64,000 bases of DNA from an uncultured SAR86 cluster bacterium (GTDB taxonomy: Bacteria > Pseudomonadota > Gammaproteobacteria > Magnimaribacterales > AG-339-G14). The stretch lies in contig CABZJI010000002.1 in the NCBI GenBank assembly GCA_902526045.1, positions 78,503 to 142,502 on the forward strand, read 5' to 3'. Position numbers and translations under genes: made by a program. Below, in pieces: positions 59,067-64,000 of the stretch. The first letter of the stretch is position 1. Each line of letters opens with the position of its first letter. A model generated the notes under the pieces. The model did not search any database, was not told the origin of the DNA, and saw nothing but the letters and a program-made list of their open reading frames with translations.

Positions 59067-61559
59067 TTAAGCTGATAGTTTTTTATCTATTTGCAGACTT
59101 AGTCTTTTTTTGTGACTTCGAGTTTCGTCATTAGACGATTGTCGTCTAAGCAGCTTTTGAATTTTCAATAGTTCACCAAATGCAGCAGATTGGGCAACCT
59201 CATCGTATTTTTTAAGATTAGTGATGGTTATTAATTTACTTAGGTAAGTCGCCTGAAGATTCTGAGTAATAGTATCTATTTCTTTCATTTTTTCTTTTGG
59301 AAAAATTCCCTTTGTTAAGTCACTCATCATTTCTGAAACGTTATATTCATTTCCATAAAAAGCAGAATCGGTAATTCTTCTTAACACATCTTTATTTGTC
59401 AGATGATTAAGAATTCTTTTGTGCCCTGAAAGAATATAATCATGAAATTTAGGATCTTCATTTTCATCATAAAAATCAAATCCTCTTCTTTCTCGCTGCA
59501 TGTAAGCAGCGATTGACTCTAAGGGTTTTAGTCCTTCACTACTAAAAGCATAATTATTTAACGTCTCCATTGCTTGCTTTTGAACTTTATAAGGAACAGC
59601 TTCATAAGGTTTTTTATCTGATTTCGTGTTTGCAGGGTGACGGGTGACATATACACCTCCAATTTGCCGTGACACGACATCCATGCTGGTCATAATTTGT
59701 CTCATCAAAATAAAATAAGATTGATATACAGATTCCCAAGAATCTGACTTGGATTTAATTTTTTCGACTATTCCTGGCATTATTTCCTGAACAAGCTTGT
59801 ATCTACCTATAGCATATTCAACTGGATCATCACTCATATCACCAATATTCACTCTAGGATCAATTCCTCTTCCAGGTGATCTCATATCATCAGCGTCATT
59901 ACCAAAAAAATGACCTTTTTCTTGAGACCGATTTAAAATTTTCTGAATTTCTTCATCAGAAAGATTTGGAGTGTAAGCAAATTCGATTGCCCATTGATCA
60001 TAAAGGCCAGGCTTTACATCAGAGAACTGTCCTTGTTCCACACCAGGAGGTGCTATGTTGATCGCGTGATAATCCATAACTGAGGCAGATAGTCCTTCTT
60101 TGTAAGTTATTTCTGCATTATGAACGTCATCATTATTATGAAGAGTCGTTGCTCCCATATTATGATTCAGTCCAAGGGTATGACCAACTTCATGAAGTAT
60201 TAACATAGTTAATTCTTCATCAAATAATTTATCAGTATCCTCAATTGAGAAATCCATTGAACTAGCAACCAAATTACCAAAAATTCTTTGTTCATTTCTC
60301 ATAGATGAGAAATTACATCGTTCAGAAGAAACTTCAGATGATAGAAATATATCTTCGTACCTCATTCTGTTAGTTAGAAAAATCCATTCCAACATAATAT
60401 CTGCAGATAAAATTTCTCCAGTTCGAGGGTTAGAAAAACTTGGACCATAACCTCCAAATGGTGGATTTGGAGATGAAGTCCATCTCAATACGTTATATCT
60501 AATATCTCCAGCATCCCAGTCAGCATCATCTGGCTGAACATCAACTTCGATAGCATCAATAAAACCAGCTTTTTCAAAAGCTAAATTCCATGCAAGCACA
60601 GCTTTAATTATTAAAGGCCTTAATTCATTTGGAGTAGTATTTTCTAGCCAAAATTTAATAGGCTTAATTGGTTTAGATTTTGCAGCATCAGGATTTTGTT
60701 TTTGAAGATTCCATTTCTGAACCAAGTCTCTATATGGGGTAATTTCTGTTGAACTTAAATCCGTGACCCTATCAGTAAAATAACCTATTCTGGGATCTTC
60801 GAAACGTATTTCAAATCCATTATCTTGAGGCATTTCAAGAAATGTGTACCTTAATTTTACTGAGGTATTTCTTAATGATTCGTAGCTTGCAGGATTGGAA
60901 AAAACATAATCGACTTCAAAATCGGTATTTTTTGGATAGTTGTAAACTTTGGATATAGCTGTCTTAGATCTTGATAAAGACCCAACTCCGAAACTATCGG
61001 AGTCATAATCTCTAGGTTCAGATTTTAACTTGGTTAAATTATCACTTTTCAATAATTTAGTGATATCAATGAGATAATTATTTTCATCATCATTTTTGTG
61101 GGTTATTTCAAAATTTTCAATGACCGAATCGCTTATATTGGATTGAGATTGCCTGCTAAGTTCTGAATTAGGATCAAAATAAAATCCAGTGTTCACTCTA
61201 ATGAGATTTAGGCTATTGAATTGTTTTTCAAATTTAACAACCGCTTGGTCTATATGGCTTCCTTTGAAAAGGCCTGCTTCCACAGTTCCATTAATGATAT
61301 GAGCAAAATAAATAAATTCTTTTGAGATGTCATCATCACTTAATTCTAAGTAAGTATTCCCATTTTCTGGATCTTGATAGCTTTTTAACAGGCCCTCATA
61401 GGCGATAAATTCTTCAACGAATTCTGAAATTAGCTCTCGATCGTCTTTTTTAGACTCTTCTTTAGTTTCCTCTTCTTTTGGATCATCGTTAGATTCATCC
61501 GCAATTAAACCAAAAGCTAGAAAGAAAGATAAAAATACAAATAAAATATTACTTTTCAT
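59067..61559 (-). CDS. Secreted zinc-dependent metalloprotease (DUF5117/DUF4953, EcxA-like met-zincin)
   Basis: Signal peptide, DPRIGYF, DIRYNVLRW, NPRTGEILSADI, HEVGHTLGLNHN and Met-turn SVMDY. Confidence 0.9.
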   Translation of the reverse strand: MKSNILFVFLSFFLAFGLIADESNDDPKEEETKEESKKDDRELISEFVEEFIAYEGLLKSYQDPENGNTYLELSDDDISKEFIYFAHIINGTVEAGLFKGSHIDQAVVKFEKQFNSLNLIRVNTGFYFDPNSELSRQSQSNISDSVIENFEITHKNDDENNYLIDITKLLKSDNLTKLKSEPRDYDSDSFGVGSLSRSKTAISKVYNYPKNTDFEVDYVFSNPASYESLRNTSVKLRYTFLEMPQDNGFEIRFEDPRIGYFTDRVTDLSSTEITPYRDLVQKWNLQKQNPDAAKSKPIKPIKFWLENTTPNELRPLIIKAVLAWNLAFEKAGFIDAIEVDVQPDDADWDAGDIRYNVLRWTSSPNPPFGGYGPSFSNPRTGEILSADIMLEWIFLTNRMRYEDIFLSSEVSSERCNFSSMRNEQRIFGNLVASSMDFSIEDTDKLFDEELTMLILHEVGHTLGLNHNMGATTLHNNDDVHNAEITYKEGLSASVMDYHAINIAPPGVEQGQFSDVKPGLYDQWAIEFAYTPNLSDEEIQKILNRSQEKGHFFGNDADDMRSPGRGIDPRVNIGDMSDDPVEYAIGRYKLVQEIMPGIVEKIKSKSDSWESVYQSYFILMRQIMTSMDVVSRQIGGVYVTRHPANTKSDKKPYEAVPYKVQKQAMETLNNYAFSSEGLKPLESIAAYMQRERRGFDFYDENEDPKFHDYILSGHKRILNHLTNKDVLRRITDSAFYGNEYNVSEMMSDLTKGIFPKEKMKEIDTITQNLQATYLSKLITITNLKKYDEVAQSAAFGELLKIQKLLRRQSSNDETRSHKKRLSLQIDKKLSA

Positions 61560-61622
61560 AAACAATAACAGGTTGGATATTATAGACTCAGTATCTATAA
61601 TTTTTAATTGTATCTTTATTCA

Positions 61623-62342
61623 ATGAAAAATTTTTATCGATTATTAGATCTAACTAAAATTTTAATTAATGAAATCGTTGATTACATTGCTTCTTATCTT
61701 GGAGCAAAAAAATTTAAAGTTGATATCGTTAAAGATCTTGTCTTAAAAAACAACAATAAAAATAATCCACAAGGTATTCTAGATACGATAGATTATTTTG
61801 GTTGGAACAAAGCTTTTTTAATGAATATTGGTGATGAAAAAGGCCAGCTTCTCGAAAAAGCAATTATAGAAAAAAAACCGAAGCATTGTCTGGAGCTGGG
61901 AGTCTATTTGGGATATTCATCAATCAGAATTTTAAGAAACCTTCAAGAAAACTCGATGCTAACTTCGATAGAAGCAAGTAAAAAATATTATGAAATATCC
62001 AAAGAAATTGTTTCTCATTCTGGCCTTAATAATCAGTGGAATCCTTTAAGAGGTAAGGCAAAAAATCTCATTCCATCGTTGAAAGAAAAATACGATTTTG
62101 TCTTTCTGGATCATTGGAAGGATGAATATTTATCCGATTTGACAACAATGAAATCTCTGGAATTACTGAATGATAAGGCTGTAATATTTGCTGATAATGT
62201 TGTTTTATTCAACATGGTAGATTATTTATCTTACGTTAGAAATTCATCAGATTTTGAGAGTAGATTTATATCTACAAAAAGGGAATATTCGAAGACTCAG
62301 CCTGATGGAATTGAAATATCAATGTTTAACAAAAATGACTGA
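61623..62342 (+). CDS. Catechol O-methyltransferase, animal COMT-like
   Basis: LMNIGDEKG, LELGVYLGYS, FLDHWKDEY and ADNV motifs. An alternative TTG start exists at 61608. Confidence 0.85.
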   Translation: MKNFYRLLDLTKILINEIVDYIASYLGAKKFKVDIVKDLVLKNNNKNNPQGILDTIDYFGWNKAFLMNIGDEKGQLLEKAIIEKKPKHCLELGVYLGYSSIRILRNLQENSMLTSIEASKKYYEISKEIVSHSGLNNQWNPLRGKAKNLIPSLKEKYDFVFLDHWKDEYLSDLTTMKSLELLNDKAVIFADNVVLFNMVDYLSYVRNSSDFESRFISTKREYSKTQPDGIEISMFNKND

Positions 62343-62559
62343 TCTAAAATTAGATTTGCATGGGTTGCGACATCATGAAGTTCCATTAAAGGTTGAAAAT
62401 TTTTTATACTTAAACCAAGAAAATATGCCAATTCTGATTATCTGTGGAAACAGTCAAAAAATGATAAATATAGTGAAAGATGTTCTTGAGAATATTGATT
62501 GTATTTTTGAGATAGGTTATGGGATAAACTATGGTTGTATCATAGTTCGTAAAATTTAA
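62335..62559 (+). CDS. Stand-alone Smr-like domain protein (74 aa)
   Basis: KLDLHGLRH...IICGNS; ATG overlaps the end of the COMT gene. Confidence 0.7.
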   Translation: MTDLKLDLHGLRHHEVPLKVENFLYLNQENMPILIICGNSQKMINIVKDVLENIDCIFEIGYGINYGCIIVRKI

Positions 62560-62561
62560 TC

Positions 62562-63902
62562 ATGCCTAACTTCGACTTGCTTCTTAGAAACTGCAATTTA
62601 ATTAATGAAAATTCAATATCGCAAGTTGATATTGCAATTAAAGATAAAAGAATAGAAAAAATCTCTACTACAATTTCTGAAAATGCCAATAAAGAAATTG
62701 ATGTTAAGGGAAAAAATGTAGCCCCCGGAATAATAGACGATCAAGTCCACTTCAGAGAGCCAGGATTAACCAGGAAAGGCGAAATCAAAACAGAATCATT
62801 AGCAGCACTTTACGGAGGTATCACTTCAACGATGGATATGCCAAATGTGTCGCCAGCAAGCACTACTCTTGATTTATTAGAGGAAAGATTTCAATTAGCT
62901 CAAGAAAAAAGTTGGACTAATTTCTCTTTTTACCTTGGAGCTACTCCGGATAATATTGATGAAATTAAAAAGGCTAATCCAAAAGATATTTGCGGACTGA
63001 AAATTTTTATGGGTTCATCAACTGGAGATTTATTAGTTAATGACAATGATGCTCTAGACTTAATTTTCAAAGAATCGCCAATATTAATTGTTACTCATTG
63101 TGAAGACAATAAAACGATAGAAAATAATTTAGAAAGAATAACATCTCAGCGTAATGGCAAGCTTTCTCCTCCTGATCATGCTCTTATCAGAGATGAATTG
63201 GCTTGTTATATCTCCTCTGAGAAAGCAACTAGCTTGGCAAAAAAATATTCCGCAGATCTACACGTTCTTCATCTTACGACTGAAAGAGAAATTGAACTTT
63301 TTGAAGCGAAGCCAACCAAAGATAAAAAGATTACAACAGAAGCTTGTATTCACCATCTCATATTCACTTCGGATGATTATGAGGAATGGGGAAATTTCAT
63401 CAAATGCAATCCATCAATTAAAGCTCCCAAAAACAGAGAAGCATTAAGACAGGCATTAAAAAATAATCAAATTGATATTATTGCTACAGATCATGCTCCA
63501 CATACTAGAGATGAAAAATCTTTACCTTATTCTGAAGCACCTGCTGGAATACCCTTAATTCAACATAGTTTTCAATTGATGCTGGAACTAACTAATAAGG
63601 GCATATTTACGATTGAAGAAGTAATTAAGTTTGCATCTCATAATACTGCAGATAGATTTAAAATAATTGATAGGGGTTATGTACGAGAAGGATATTTTGC
63701 AGATTTAGTAGTTTTTGAGACAGGAATAAAGCATATAGTTACAAATGAAGAGCAAAAATCTAAGTGCGGATGGACTCCTTTTGAAGGATGGGAATTAAGC
63801 TCAAGAGTTAATTCAACTATAGTAAATGGTAACGTTTTGCTTGAAGAAGGAAAGCTTCACCCAGAAAGAAGATCAAGTGAGAGGCTGGTTTTTAATAAAT
63901 AA
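62562..63902 (+). CDS. pyrC: Dihydroorotase (long, multifunctional-complex type)
   Basis: PGIIDDQVHFREPG, MDMPN, KIFMGSSTG, HCED, KCNPSIK and ATDHAPH motifs. Confidence 0.88.
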   Translation: MPNFDLLLRNCNLINENSISQVDIAIKDKRIEKISTTISENANKEIDVKGKNVAPGIIDDQVHFREPGLTRKGEIKTESLAALYGGITSTMDMPNVSPASTTLDLLEERFQLAQEKSWTNFSFYLGATPDNIDEIKKANPKDICGLKIFMGSSTGDLLVNDNDALDLIFKESPILIVTHCEDNKTIENNLERITSQRNGKLSPPDHALIRDELACYISSEKATSLAKKYSADLHVLHLTTEREIELFEAKPTKDKKITTEACIHHLIFTSDDYEEWGNFIKCNPSIKAPKNREALRQALKNNQIDIIATDHAPHTRDEKSLPYSEAPAGIPLIQHSFQLMLELTNKGIFTIEEVIKFASHNTADRFKIIDRGYVREGYFADLVVFETGIKHIVTNEEQKSKCGWTPFEGWELSSRVNSTIVNGNVLLEEGKLHPERRSSERLVFNK

Positions 63903-64000
63903 TTATTTTTTATCTAAATTCTCTCGGTATTCAGCTTCTAAGTTTTCCCTAAATTCAGAATTTTGAATATAAAGACCAAGTATCCCTGCAAGTATTCCCA
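63903..64000 (-). CDS. 3' end of a CDS entering from the right edge
   Basis: Open frame ...GILAGILGLYIQNSEFRENLEAEYRENLDKK* whose stop abuts the pyrC stop. Confidence 0.55.
   Translation of the reverse strand, partial: GILAGILGLYIQNSEFRENLEAEYRENLDKK

Overview
This is an AT-rich (roughly one-third GC by eye), very densely coded bacterial window with many overlapping start and stop codons. Its gene content (two TonB-dependent receptors, mltD-gloB/rnhA-dnaQ-gltX, csrA next to tRNA-Arg(ACG), many lipid-catabolic enzymes) fits a streamlined marine gammaproteobacterium such as SAR86; that taxonomy is an inference. It holds about 55 CDS, four tRNAs (Ala-GGC, Ser-GGA, Arg-ACG, Gly-TCC) and four bidirectional terminators. 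I saw no CRISPR array, rRNA, integrase or transposase. Main signals: (1) a 1.3 kb integrase-less islet between a degenerate copy of the 5' half of tRNA-Gly (54833-54866) and the intact tRNA-Gly. It carries a tiny lipoprotein ending in repeated FGExK pentapeptides plus a secreted protein with a tail-fibre-like N-terminal motif and an FN3 domain, a candidate undescribed surface-fibre module. (2) A recurring TANNNT-N5/6-start codon pattern implying leaderless mRNAs, plus tRNAs wedged into protein-coding runs. (3) A DUF3604/rhomboid/two-GPH-symporter cluster. (4) Tandem families of uncharacterised secreted proteins. (5) A P450 plus two steroid-reductase-like genes. (6) An epoxide hydrolase frameshifted at an A8 run. 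Several small ORFs missing from the ORF track are also reported.
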